Positions 12,801-26,220 of a stretch of 64,000 nucleotides of DNA are shown here, piece by piece (position 1 is the stretch's first letter; the number at the start of each line of letters is the position of its first letter). The DNA lies in contig NC_092381.1 of the NCBI RefSeq assembly GCF_030028105.1, positions 86,000,958 through 86,064,957 on the forward strand, written 5' to 3'. The notes under the pieces were generated by a model. That model was given only the letters and a program-made list of their open reading frames with translations. It was not told where the DNA came from and did not search any database. Both the position numbers and the translations under genes were made by a program. Origin of the DNA: Mobula birostris. Taxonomy: Eukaryota.

Positions 12801-15800
12801 GGCAGGATGTGGAGCCGTTTGTGCACTGCTGCAAGGCGTGCACTTTGCAGAGGGGGCCGGGCCGCCACTCTGGGGCATCAATGCAGCAGTACATGGTGGA
12901 GGCCCCAAGGGAACGTGTAGAGATTGACGTCTTGGGCCCTTTCTTCCGCATCGATGCCAGAAATCGCCAGGTTCTAATGGCCGTAGATTACTTCACAAAG
13001 TGACCACAGGCGTACGCAGTCCCGAACAAGAGCACCACCACCACCGAGAGGAATCCTTCTGCCACTTCTGCACCTCGAGGAACTCCACGGCGACTAAGAG
13101 CATAATTTTGAGATGGAGGTGTTTGGCGAGGTCGACAGGTGGCTGGGAATCACCAAAATGTGGGTCACCCCCACTCCCCCCTCACCTGCAAAGTGATGGC
13201 TGGTGATCCACCCCCTGGCTACTCAGCTTGCCATCCTCATCAGCCTGCACCAGCTCGATTGGGATCGCCTCCTACCCCCATGTATAGTGGGCATACTGGA
13301 TAGCAGCTCAGGAGAAGCACCAGGTGTACGCCGGCTGCACACATGCTTGGGCTGGAGCCACGTACGCCGGTGGATTTGATGTTTGGCCCCCTTCCTGAGC
13401 CGGATGTTCCCATGGAGGCCGGGTTGGAGCTTTTGCAGCACCTCTGGAGGTGCCTGCTGGCTGTTCATGAGGAGGCTGGGCAGAACCATAGCACAGCTAG
13501 TGGCCACCAGAATCTGGCTTATGATGCCCGCAGCCAGGGCTGGACTTTACTGGGGGGGGACTATGCCTGCTGCCCCACCCAGAAGGAGGGACTATCCCCA
13601 GAGCTTGACCACATCTCCGATCTGGTATACCGGGTGCGGCTGCCTGAATGGCAGAAAGAAATCATGCTGCACCAAAACTGGCTAGCACTGTATCAGCCCT
13701 TGGCACCATCAACCCAGAAAGCTGAGGGAAGCAGGTGACACTCTGTGTGCCCTTCCTCTTTCATCACCAAAACAGTGCCTCCCCTGGGGGGGCGGGGGGC
13801 AGTGAGCATGGAGGAACTGCAAACACCCCCCCAGTGCCCCAAGCAGTGGCGTCAACCACCACTGGGACTTTTGGACTTTGTTGTGGACTCGGTTGCCAGG
13901 GACAAATGACCCCTCAGGTGGGGACAGTATGGTGCTCCAGAGGCGCGGTCAACAGCTCGCTCCAGCATTCCTAGTGGCAGTTCCATTTATTGTTCTGGCT
14001 TTTAAAATGTGTTCTTGGTGTGTGTGGTGTTCAGTAGAATTTTGGTGAGATGTTCAAGTTCATTTATTTTGGCTCGTGTTATACAATTCCTCGCTTGCGT
14101 GCCATCCTGACTGTAATCGGGGTGTGTAAAATCACCTCCCCGTCTGTACACGACTGCGTTCATTCTCACTGAGCTACTGTGCTCTGTTATTGTATTTGTC
14201 GCAATAAAAACAGCAACTGAGATAAACCTTCCTCATCTGTCATCATGGACTGAATGCTTGCAACAACACACATACACAATATACGACAGAGTATAATACA
14301 ACTACTGTATAGGCATCTAGAGTAAAATAAATTTTTAATTGTCCCATTCAGGCCTAAGGATTTAATTGCTGCAGAGGATTTCTTGATCTTGTGGGATATT
14401 GCCTTTCCTGCCAAGGGGGAGGGGTCACTCTGCTTGGCAAGGTTGACCTGTGCCTGTGAAAAAATCTTTGATTCTAGGGCCTCCTCCATGGTGGAGGTAG
14501 GAGTTGACTCTGGGATCACTGAAAGTGGTTCCGACAGCCCTGGACGCCTTTCTTCTCCAACAATCGACTCAGCTTTCCTCAAGGGTTTGATGCGTCATCT
14601 CCAGGTGACAGCAGGCACAATCTGCACCGTGTAGGAGATTGGTCTAGTTAATCTTCCTGAGTACCCGCTTTTGATCATCTCTGCAGTCCCTCGCCAGGAC
14701 TGCTTGTCCTGGAGTGAAACATTGAACCTCCTTGTTTGAGGGGCCCTCAAATTGTCTCAGCTGTTTGTCCCACATACGCCTCCTGGAGACTGAGTTTGAG
14801 GAAATCCAAGCGTGAGTGAAAAGGCCAACCCAGGATGGTTGGTGAGTAGTTGTTTGTTGTGGAGTAAACTGCATTGCAATATGCAAGGAAATTGCCAAGC
14901 TTCTGACTCAGTGTTAGTGCAACGTGTTCTGCTGTCGTAGCTCACAGTGCACTCTTTAGCCTTTGGGAAACCTTTCTGCCGAGCCATTTGCAGCAGGGTG
15001 GTATGATGCAGATGTAATATGTCATATTGCATTCATATTCGGGAATGACTGAATCTGCTCTGCAACAAACTGTGGTCCATTGTCAATGACTAAGTGTTCT
15101 GGAATACCAGTCCTTGAGAAGAGACTTCTCAACACATCAGAGTGCGAGCTTGTAGTGGAGGCTATTGGGAATACTTCTGGCCAATTTGTAGTTGCATTCA
15201 CTACTCACAAGAAATTAGTGCCCATGAATGGTCTGGCAAAATCCACATGAATCCTCTGCCAGAGCAATGCGGGCCATTCCCAGGGATGGAAAGATGCTGT
15301 TCTTGGCATCTTCTGATGTGTTGGTATCCCAAACAGTGCTTGGCAAGTTGCTCGATCTATCCCAGGCTACAAGACAAAGCTTCAAACCAACACTTTCATT
15401 TTGACTATGCTTAGATGACAGGCCTGTAGCTCCAACACTTTAGCTTTCAGTTTGGATGGTCTAATGCTCTAAATCCCCACCTAAGGCTACCCCCCCCCCC
15501 AAGGGCAAGTTCTTCTTGGAACTGGAATTTCTGCAGCATATTCCAACCATTTTAGGTTGCCATGTAAATGAGACAGTGTGGAGTTTTATCTGGTTTCCCT
15601 TTGGATCATCTCTGCTATTATATGGAGACCTTCGATTTGCATTAGGAAGAATATGTCAAGAGGAGTGTCCCCTTTTGTAAATATTTCAGGTATTTCCTTT
15701 CCCAGGGTAAACAGGACAAATCTTTAGCATTTCCCTGATTAGTTGCCCTTTTGAATTTGATCTTGTTATTGTGTCAGCCAAAGAACAGAGCCCATCTCTG

Positions 15801-18800
15801 CATTTGTGCTTCTGCAGTTAGTGGAACACCTTTCTGTGAATTGAAAATGGACACTAGTGGTTGATGATCAGTAATGAGTGTAAACTCTCTCAAATACAAA
15901 TACTGGTTAAAATGTTTTACACCACAAACCAGACTCAAAGCCTCCCTGTGATATGATTGCACCTGTGCCATAAGGTGAAGCTTCACAGGACAATGTGCAT
16001 TATAATGCTTGAGTACAGTATCTGTTGTCACTATTTCCTTTGTCTTTTGGAAAGCCACCTCACACTGCTTTGCCCAATGCCATCTCTTCCTGAATTGTTG
16101 TAATAAGTTCATGGGTTGGAGCATAGTAACCAGGTTTGAACAGGAACTTGTTACAGTAATTGACAAATCCTAAAAAGGACCGTAAATGTGACACGTACTT
16201 CTGCCTTGGGGTATTCACCAATGCTTACATTTTATCAGCACAATTGTGTAAATCTTGTGCATCAATGGTGTGAACACAATAAGTGGTACTTGGTTTAAAG
16301 AACTCACATATGTTGTGTCATGCTGTGAGACCATAATCTTGTAATCTTTTTGACACTCGAGATTTTAGAGATGTTCCTCGTCACCTTACCGGTAACAATT
16401 TATGTCATCCACGTAACACTGAGAGCTTGGGCAGCTTTGCAGAACCTGGTCCATAGCTTTCTGCCAAAGTGCAGGTGTCGATGTTACTCCAAAAACAAGT
16501 TTTGTATTGCAATAAAGCCCTTTGTGAATGTTTATGGTGAAAAACACTTTGAACTCTTCTTCCATCTCCATCTGTAGGTCAGTTTCACCCGAGCCTACTT
16601 TGTTGAAGTGTTTCACTCCAGAAACGTTTGCAAAAATACTCTCTATCCTGGGCAGAAGATATTGATCTAATTTCAGTACTGGGTTAATGGTGACCTTAAA
16701 ATCACCACAGATTCTGACAGGCCTTAGTGCTTGGCTACTAGGACCACTGTCATTGTTATCGCCCATGGGTTCCACTCAACCTTGAAAAGAATTCCTTCTA
16801 CCTCCTTGTAATCTAGCTCATTGGCTACTTTATTACGGGTGGCACAAGGAACCAGATAGGCTTTGTAAAACTTGGGTGTAGCATTTTCATTTAACACTAT
16901 TTCACTCTTGATATTTTTGAGTTTTCCAATGCCATTCTTGAAAGCTGCTGTGGTATCGTCCAGTATCACCCTCAATTCACTTTCAGTTGACTCTATTACA
17001 AGGGATGTGGCATGCAAATTGTGGATGGATCTCCAATCAAGCTGTAGTTGTCTTAGCCCACTGGCATGTAGCACTCCTGTTTTTACCAATATAGCTTGTT
17101 GGTTGTATTTCACTGTTACAAATGTCATTATCCCACAAGAGTTATCTTTTTTACCGTATTAAGTTCTCCATATCTTTCAAATGCTGCTCAATGAAACAGC
17201 TGTTCAATTCCATTTTAATTAATTTGACATTCAATCCTGCTGTAAGCAATATTGCTTTTCTCTTGTTCGTTTTCACATTGTAAATCTCAGGCTACTCAGT
17301 ACTATGTCACTCATGTTATCAGATTTTTCACTAACAGCATGCAGATTAGTGTTCTTTTTTAAACTGCAACTTGACTTTTCAATCTTTATCTCTCCCCTGT
17401 ATAGTCCATTTTTTTTTGGCCCAACATGCTCTTTGTATTTTCGCCAATTTTCATCTTTAAACCTGAATTGCTCTGGTGTACACGAGCCCCTGCCACAATG
17501 GTAACACAATTTGTTCAACCAAGTAGGTTTCTGTTAAGAGGTTGCAATTTTGGTTCACGCTCACTTTCATTCCGCACTGCAACTCAATTGTATCTCTAGC
17601 TGCTGTTTCCATTGACAAAGCAATTTTAACTGCTCTTTTAAGTGTGAGTTGTGCTTTAGTCAGTAGCCATTTTTGAATGTTTTATTCTAAGATTCCATAA
17701 ACTAAATGATATCTCAGTAATTAAGTCCATCATTGGACTAACAATGCTCATACAATTTCAGTTCTGCTACATATCCTGAAATGGATTCCTCTTTCCACTT
17801 TTGAAACCTAAAGTAATCTGGTCAGCAATGGCTTTGAGTCTAAACATTCCTGCATTATGTTCATGATATGATATCAGCAAAGCTCGTTTTGGCTGGTCTG
17901 GTTGGAGCAATCAAACTCTTAAGTAAACTGCATACTTTCCCACCCATTGCACTCAGTAACACTGGAACTTGCTTTTAATTGACCATTTCATTTGCTTTAA
18001 AGTACTGCTCAATTCTTTCAGCATATTTTGCCCATTTAGCTGTTGAGTAATTGAACGTGTTTATGTTTCTGATGCAGCCAGTCATGTGTTTTTTTTAAAG
18101 TTTAATATTTTCAGCCAGTACTCACTGTTTATGAACCAGTGAACCTTCTGTTATCTGCCTTTATTTCTTTAACTGTCTCTCTCCTGTTCCAAATAAACAC
18201 AAGCTGCACTTTTTAAAAAAACTGGAATGTATCTCCCTTCTTCAGAATAAAGCTGTGCTGCTCTGCACTAGGTAGGTAGTAGTCTTGGGTTAGTTTTTAA
18301 ACTGACTCATTGCCACTGTTACATTTTGTAACTCCAAAAACTAATTGAAAGAAAAACACGGGAGAACGGGGAAACATATTTACTTTGTTTTACTTTAGTG
18401 AGGCACACATGTATGATGTGGTGATGTAATAAGGTTTGCCATTCACGTATTTCTTATATATAACCCATAATGAAGTATGTAAACAACAAAGAATGCTTAA
18501 ACAATACATTTATAACTCATATTACTGAAATATTAAATACTGTACACAATAAGAGTGCACAAGTCAATAGAGGTTAAGCCAGTGTCTAGTCAGAACCATC
18601 ACAGAATTGCTTTATAAAGTAGTGCAGCCAAATAGTAATAGGAAAGATGATTAAATGAGCCAAATAGTGGGGGGTGGGAGACAGACAGAGAGAGAGACAG
18701 AGAGAACTACCATTTGCAGTCTTCTCAAACACCTTCAGTGCTGCCAAAAAATGGAAACCAGACAGACAGTATTAAGTACTTTTTTCCCAAATAAGGTATT

Positions 18801-19009
18801 AAGAGCAGAATATTTATTAACAGTTCCCAATAACAGTTGCCTACAGTCACAAAGTGTGTGGTTTGGTTCAGGCATCAAAACAGTTGTACCAGCTTCACGG
18901 TGAACTCAAACCTTTAAGCAGTCATGTCTCAGCACATTTTAAGTTTAACAAATCTGAATTGCTTAAGCCACTGATAAAGATGCACTGAAAGATTACTGAA
19001 GTTCACTTC

Positions 19010-19880
19010 CTTTCGTGAAGAAACGCCAGAGCAAAACACACAGCAGCAGAGGGTTGTTCTCAGCCACACCAGTCATCTTTTCTCATCAAGGAAGTATGCT
19101 TAGCCCACTTCTCTGTTCTCTCGACATTCATGACAGTGTGGCTAAGCACAGCTCAGACACCATCTATAAATTTGCTGATAACACCACAGTTGTTGATAGA
19201 ATCTCAGATGGTGATGAGGTGCATAGGAGTAAAATAGATCAGTTAGTTGGACAACCTTGTAACATTAAGGAATCGACAACAGTAAGATCGGCAGCATGAA
19301 GGAATTGATCATAGACATCCCCAAAAGGACAGTCAAGAGAACACACACCAGTCATCATTGAGGGATCAGCAGTGGAAAAGGTGAATAGCATCATGTTTGT
19401 AGGTGTCAGCATCTAAGGAACTGTCCTGGGCCGAACACATTGATGCAGCCATGAAGGTGTCCCACCAGTGGCCCAACTTCATTAGGAGTTTGTAGTGATT
19501 TTGTATGTCAAAGGCTCTTGCAAATTTCAATAGATGTATGATTGAGAGCATTCTGACTGGTTACATTGCCTTCTGGCACAGTGTGCTTGATCAGAAAAAG
19601 ATGCAGAGGGGTGCAGCCAGTTCCATTCCAGGCACAGCCCTCCCTGCCCTTCTGTCATTGCCATCATTGCGGGAGGTGGTACAGGAACCTGCAGATCCAT
19701 ACCCAGATTATTAAGAGACAGCTTCTTCTCTTCCGCCATCAGGTGTCTGAATGCTCCATGAACATTACTTTTGTACTACTTTGTAATATATAGTAGCTTC
19801 CGCCTCTGTCCTATGCCACTGCCACAAAACAAATTTCATGACAAAAAAAGTCAGTGAAAATAAACCACTGATTCTGACTC
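19010..19880 (+). mobile_element. Rex1/Babar-like LINE 3' fragment
   Basis: IYKFADNTTVVDRISDGDE and FNRCMIESILTGYIAFW are RT and C-terminal remnants. Confidence 0.7.
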
Positions 19881-20246
19881 ATTACCACCAGTTCACCGTC
19901 TGTGATATCAGAAAGGGCTATTCCAGCTGGGGCACTTCCTGTGCATCAGCTGCCCAATGCATTCAGCACATGCTGTGCAGGCATTCACACTCCCCAAGAG
20001 CTCACAAAAATTCCATCATCAACTTTGAGCAAGTTTAGGTTTTAAATGAGCATAGTACTGTTGGAATACCAAGTTGAAGCTTGCACAGATGTGTTTGACA
20101 GTGAAGTAAGTTGCAATATTTCACTGTTCCTGAGTCTAAAGTTGCCATTTTTATGGTTTAAAAATGCTGCCACTTTCCATCCGATAAACTACTTTACCAT
20201 TGTGCTCCAAACTTCATTTGTTACTGTGTGACATGGCATTAATTAA

Positions 20247-20755
20247 GCCTGGTTGATACTTCTGCGTTAACTGGATGCCGCAACCTACGCGTGGCCTCCG
20301 CGCGTTGTGAGCATTTATACTTGTGCGTTGCTGTGTCTGCCTCGCTCAGCAATTTGCGCACGTCACACATGCGCACTCACTACCTGCGCATGGCTTCATG
20401 GTCATGGTAGTTACTCGGGGTAAACAAGACGCGAGCATCTTTTTTCATGCGAAATGTGTCCTCCATAATTTCGGAGGTCTGTAAAGCTTTATGGAAAGCA
20501 TTGCAGCCAGAGTTCCTTCCCTGCCCTTCAGTTGCCCAATGGGAAGCTATTGCAGTGTAGGATGACATGCGATGCTACCAAGCGGACCAATCACAGTTGT
20601 TCGTTCTGCGTTGCCGTGATGCGTGGTTACAATTTGGGAGAGGTGCACGTCGCAGCAACGCAGGCTCTCACGTAGGGTTCAGTGTCGGCTTTGCGTAGGG
20701 TTTGCGGCGACGCAGACCTTATGGCGTCGTGTTGACGTAGAAGCATAAATCAGCC
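20247..20755. mobile_element. CpG-rich MITE with about 21-bp imperfect TIRs (possibly PIF/Harbinger-like)
   Basis: Left end GCCTGGTTGATACTTCTGCGT; reverse complement of the right end GGCTGATTTATGCTTCTACGT. Sharp CpG enrichment between them and no ORF. Superfamily uncertain. Confidence 0.55.
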
Positions 20756-22546
20756 ATTAGTTAAATAGTATAGAAAATTTGGCAAAGACACAGGCTTGCA
20801 ATTCACTTTAACATGCTCTCTAAAATCTCTAACTAAACCCAGCAAAGCAATAAGCATTTTTGGAGGTAAGTATGGATGAAGAACAGATGCTTTTCCCCGC
20901 ACCCTGCATCTTTTTTTACCCCAGTGCATCACATCTCGTTCACAATACTTTGCATCGCCATGCAGGAGCAATTTAAAATTATCAAACACTTCAACAAATA
21001 TGTATTTTCCTTACGCATGTCCTAGTGGCTGAGACAATATGCCAAGGCAGATACCTTCTACATGCTGATAAATGGAATTAGGATGGATGGGTTATTTATA
21101 ATTAACAGGAACAAGGGCCCATTTCTGTGCTGTTTAACTATGAGAGGCAATTTGTGAACCGCATGGTTATATTTTAGGATCTGGTTGCAACACTGAAGAC
21201 AAAGTCTGCAGAGGACTGCCTTGCAAAACAGCAATTTGATCTAAAGGGGCAAAGCTTGTAAGATGCAGGTCGAGTTGGGCTGAATCCTCAAATCTTCACT
21301 CCAGAAAGGAATCAATCTATTTCAATGAAACAACAAATCTACCTTTTGATTTACTAATTTAATTTTAAGTAATAGATTAACAGATAGCACTTCTCAACTC
21401 AGGGAAGATCATAAATCATACAAAGAGAATAAACAATGTGGACTGGACTTGAAGCTTTTTGTCAAATGTCCAACATTAAGACTACCTTAAATGGTGCAAC
21501 ACATTTTTCTTTAGTTGTGCAAATTGATGCATGCACAAGTACCACTAGAACCTTTATCTAGGTCACTTAGTCACCATCAACTCTGACAACAGTTGAGAAA
21601 GCTTTGTTATTAGACGTCTGTTTACCAGATGGTAAATGAAAAATAACTACCACCAGCACATTGGCTTTTGCTCGAAATTCCTAATGGCTTACTCATGTCA
21701 AGTGGGATTGCAATCATATTAAATTATCCATTTTGAAAAGATACATTTTTAAAGCCAAAACAAATCTCTCTGGCATATTCATGCTAGAACTCATCACTTT
21801 CAAAGCAGGAGAGAACTCAAGACTGGTCTGTAGAAGTTCTTGCTCCTGATGGATTTTATGGATTTATATAAAATGTCAAACTGCAAGTTGTACAAAAATT
21901 CAGCAATAGACTCTGCACCTTAGTAAAACAAGCACACAACACACCTCAAAATGTTTTAAAGACAGGTTAGTGCTGTAGTTAGAGACACTGCAAAGAGGAA
22001 GCCTGAAGTTCCCTTAAAATGTGTATATTTTACGATTTTTTTTGTGAATACTGCTTATATGATGCTATGTGCCTGTGCTATTGCTGCAAGCCTTTTGTTG
22101 CACCTGTGCCGACATGTGACAAAACTTACTAAGTTAAAGGACAACACTTAAGGACCATGCATAGATTGAGGGCCTTTATTAGCAGAATCCTGGCAATTGC
22201 TATAGACCTCGTTAAAACTAGTTTGAAGATTTAGCAGGTTCCAAAATGCAAATTTCCTGTATACTGCTGAGACTGAGGACTGGCATCAGCCAACAAATTT
22301 TCAGTGAGCATCATAAGAATTCAAGTTCTATTTTAGTTCTTGGATCAAGAGCAAATAAAAGTTTGGACCCAAAGCTGGAAAGATTATTTTAAAGATCATG
22401 TAGTTCACCATGTACCATTTTATAAATTATGTGGAACACCACATTGAGAAGGTTCAGATGCTTTGAGTTCTGTTGTACCCCTTCCCTGTCTTCTGGGTCC
22501 TTGTCTCTGTTAAAATAGAATAAATTAAGCTATCTGCTCACTTACC

Positions 22547-22595
22547 TTCTGGGCTTCCAGTTTTTGTCCTTAAGAAGCCAAGACTCTTGACTATC
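22547..22595 (-). other. Candidate 49-nt internal exon on the minus strand
   Basis: Acceptor ...CCTCAGCTTTTCAG|ATAG and donor AGAAG|GTAAGTGAG, both close to consensus. One open frame reads SQESWLLKDKNWKPR, not recognised. Confidence 0.3.
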
Positions 22596-22639
22596 TGAAA
22601 AGCTGAGGTTTATGCAGTAGAAATGATCCTTGTAGTCCA

Positions 22640-24330
22640 TGTAAATCATTTCCAAATGCGCCAGGAGGACCAAAAGACTGCTGCACCAGTGGTGAGGACC
22701 AAGGAGATATGGTCGGGGAGGCAAAGGAGTGCTTGCAGGACTGCTTTGAGTTGGTGGACTGGTTAATATTCAGGGATTCATCTTCAAGTCTGGATGAATA
22801 CATACAGTTGTCACAGACTTTATCAAGACATGTGTGGATAAGTGTGTGCGCCTTCAAGATCATACCAGACATGCCCAAACAAAAAGCCATGGATGAACTG
22901 GGAGATCTGTATTCCGCTGAGGAATAGATCTGTGTATTCAAGACCGGTGATCCAGAACTATACAAGAAGCTATTTTAATGGCAAGAAAACAATTCCGATT
23001 GAGGCTAGAGGCAGAATCGGATGCACACCAGCTCTGGCTGGGTTTGCATGTGATTATTTCCTTTGAAATGAAACCTAACATCATGAATGGCTGTGATGGC
23101 TCACTCCCAGATGAGCTCAACACATTTACGCATCCTTCGAAAGGGAGAATAAAGCTACACCTGTGTGAATCTCTGCAGTACCTAGTGACCCTGTGATCTC
23201 CGACTCTTAGACCGGCATCAGAACATTTTTCAAGAGGGTCAGGCCCTGATGGTGAAGCTGCTAGGGCCTCGGAAACCTGTATGAACCAACTGGGAGTCTC
23301 CAAGGACATCTTCAGTCTCTCACCACTGCAGTAGGAGGTTCCTACCTGCTTCAAAAGGGCAATCATACCAGTGCCCAATAAAAGCAAGGTGAGCTGCCTC
23401 AATGGCCATCATCCAGTTGCACTCAAATCTACTGTGATGAAGTGCTTTAAGTGGTTGGTCATGTCTAGAATTAACTCCTGTCGAAGCAAGGTCCTGGACC
23501 TACTGCAATTTGCTTATCACCACAATGGGGCTACAGCAGATGCGATCTCAGAGGCTCTCCATTTGGCCTCAGATCAGCTGGACGATAGCAATATCTACGT
23601 CAGTGCAACGTTCAACACCATTATACCCTCAGTTCTGAACAAACTCCAAAACCTGGGCGCTGTACCTCCTTCTGTAACTGGATCCTTGATTTCCTCACTG
23701 TGACACTACGGCCTGTGTGGATGGGAAATAATGGCTCCTCAGCGGCGCACCTCAAGGACACGTGCTTAGCCTACCCACTGCTACTCTCTCTACACACTAC
23801 TCTGTGGCTAGACGCAGCTCAGATTTGCGAATGACACAATTGTAGTTGGCAGAATTTCAGATGGTGATGAGGAAGCGTACAGGAGCAAGATAGATCAGTA
23901 GTTGAGTGATGTCGCAGCAACAACCTTTCAACGATCAGTAAGACCAAGGAATTGATTGTGGACTTCAAGAAAGGGGAGTTGAGGGAAAACACACCAATCC
24001 TCTCAGCGAGGGATCAGCAGTGGAAAGGGTGAGAGTTTCAAGTTTCTGGGTGTCAACATCTGAGGATCAATCCCAGGTCCAACATATTGAAGCAATGACA
24101 AAGCAGGCACGACAGCGGCTATATTTCCATTCGGGGTTTGGGGAGAATTGGGATGTCCCTAAAGCCACTTGCAAATTTCTACAGATGTACTATGGAGACC
24201 ATTCTAACTTGTTGCATCACCGTCTGGTACAGAGGGGGTCCCTGCAGAGGATTGGAAAAGCTGCAGAAAGTTGTAAACTCAGTCAGCTCCATCGTGGGCA
24301 CCAGCCTCCCCAGCATCCAGATTTCATAAC
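22640..24330 (+). mobile_element. Rex1/Babar-like LINE, 5'-truncated and decayed
   Basis: IIPVPNKSKVSCLNGHHPVALKSTVMKCFKWLV, LDLLQFAY, FNTII and FANDT (RT motifs), plus an endonuclease remnant at about 22.7-22.9 kb. Confidence 0.8.
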
Positions 24331-25379
24331 ACATGCCAATGAAATTAAACCATTCTGATTCTAAAGTGGTTGGAGTAGAACACCACCTCTTCCCCCCTCC
24401 CCCCATAATTCTGGCTTCTGCCTCTTTCCTTCTTAGTCCTGATAAAGAATTTCAATCTGAAATATCAACCATTTATTGCATTGCATAGATGCCATCTCCT
24501 CCAAGAGGACCACAACCTCTTTGTGGTTTGGAGGCTTGCGTGCCTCAATAACTTGGACAGCTATGTTGGTTGGAGTCAGAACCTTGTGTTTTAGCTCTTG
24601 GTAGGAGCAAACAGCTCAAAGGGTAAAGGTTCAGGGGTAAAGTTCTCCAGGTTCAGGGGTTCCGACTTATTTTTATGTATTGCTCAAGATTTCCAGCATC
24701 TGCAGAATCTTGCGTTTATATTGAGAGCAGATGTTGTTCAATGGACAAGGTGACCTAATGCATCATTAGAAGCATTAATTACATTCTATTTAAACAGAGC
24801 ACTATTCATTGCCATTTTACAACTAGAATCTGGGCAAAAAATTACATTCACATCAAATACTTATTGGAAGATTGCAAATGAGCATCTTTACAGAGTAGGA
24901 CATTGCTGACAATGGTTTTCAAATCTGAATTCAGTGTGGAAAGGACTGCATTTCATTTTCTAAACCGATGTTGAGTGCTGACAACTTCATTCAATACAAT
25001 CAAAATGTTTTTGACATATTGACATGAGCTGACACAAGCGATCACCACTTCAAAGGAAATTGATTTTAGGCATTTTAAGTGGAGAAAGTAGAAGCAGTCA
25101 TGGGGGGAGCTCACTCTGGAATTATTTTTGATTACTTAGGCAGTGGTATGTTCTTCTAGGGCAGTTGCCCCCTCCCCCGCCCTACCTAATCACTAAGGTT
25201 TTTCCTCATCACAAACATCATAATATGGAAATGTGCGAAAAAAGACCACTTGAGACATTTACAAATTTGAGTTTTAGACTAAGGAAATAAACATTAGTTT
25301 CTTTAGTATGTTAATAATAGATTATAGAACTAAAGCCATGCTACAAAAAAATTCTCCATCTGACAGTGCACATTGCCAT

Positions 25380-26220
25380 ACGGGCCAAATAGACTCTTCC
25401 TGTGCTTTACATTTTAATGATACCCATGATAATTATAGAACAGTACAGCATACAATAGGTCATTTGACCCATTAGGGTGCACAGATGTCAATGCCAATTT
25501 ATACCAAGAATGATTAATCTACTTAACCCCCCCCCCCATTCCCTTCATATTCACCTGTCTATATAAAAGCCCCTTAAACTCCACCAAACTGCTCATTTCT
25601 ACTGCTACCCTGGTAACCCACTCCAGGGGTCTGTCTGTCACTCTGTAGCAAATACTAATCTTAAAAACATGCCTTCTGTTGTTTGACATTTCTACTTTAA
25701 AAATTCTGACTGTCTACTTTAAGAAAAGCATACATAATTTTGAAAACCTCTAGTGTGTCAGAAGCTGAAGGGCGAACATGACAAAGAGCAACCCAAGTTT
25801 GACCAACCTTCCCTTGCAGTTTATACAGCATCCTCTTCTGTATCCTTTCCACACTCTCCATATCATTCCTATAATGGGGCAACAAGAACTGCATACAATA
25901 CTCCCAGTGCAGTCTGACTAAAATTTCAATAAACTATGACCGTGGACACCAAGATCCCTCTGCACCTGAGTGCTGTTAAAGGACCTACCATTTACTATGC
26001 AACTTCTTCATACATTTGACCTACCAAAGTGCAATACCTCACACTTGTCAGATTAAATTCCATCTGCAACTTCCCTGCCCATAAATCATAAATGATTTAT
26101 ATACCACTCCATTCTTTGATAATCGTTTACACTACCCACACCTTCATTCTTTATCTCACCTGCACACTTGCTGATCCACCCTTCTCTATTTTTTATCCAG
26201 GTTATTTGTGTATGTCTCAG
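25380..26220 (-). mobile_element. CR1 LINE ORF2 3' fragment
   Basis: The minus strand reads QFLLPHYRNDMESVERIQKR (25697-25894) with upstream RT remnants. Confidence 0.7.

Larger units (their letters stand above)
8677..14265 (+). mobile_element. Inner Ty3/Gypsy LTR retrotransposon (decayed, full-length)
   Basis: LTRs at 8677-9029 and 13928-14265 (TGTGGTGC/TATGGTGC...GCAACA); PBS-like sequence after the 5' LTR; PPT-like AGGTGGGGACAG before the 3' LTR. Domain order: gag (9.05-10.35 kb), protease (LVDIG, ~10550), RT (GVDYHLNAVT, YWDDLLV), RNase H, integrase (H..KMLGKL..HFCWP..CKAC, DVLGPF, VDYFTK). Many frameshifts. Confidence 0.9.
8403..18551 (-). mobile_element. Outer Ty3/Gypsy LTR retrotransposon (decayed), interrupted by the inner Gypsy
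   Basis: Related LTRs at about 18317-18551 and 8403-8629; PBS-like TGGCAATGAG next to the upper LTR; near-TSD AGAGG/AGAGT. On the minus strand: gag knuckle-like CYHCGRG (~17.5 kb), RT (VRICGDFKVTINPVL...YVDD, 16386-16775), RNase H (~15.8-16.1 kb), integrase (~14.6-15.4 kb) and a pol C-terminus like YPTRSRNP near 14.36-14.40 kb. Confidence 0.8.

Noticed and set aside
9007-14582. Dozens of overlapping GC-rich ORFs that look like a gene cluster
   Set aside because: They are alternative frames and antisense shadows of the decayed Gypsy gag-pol.
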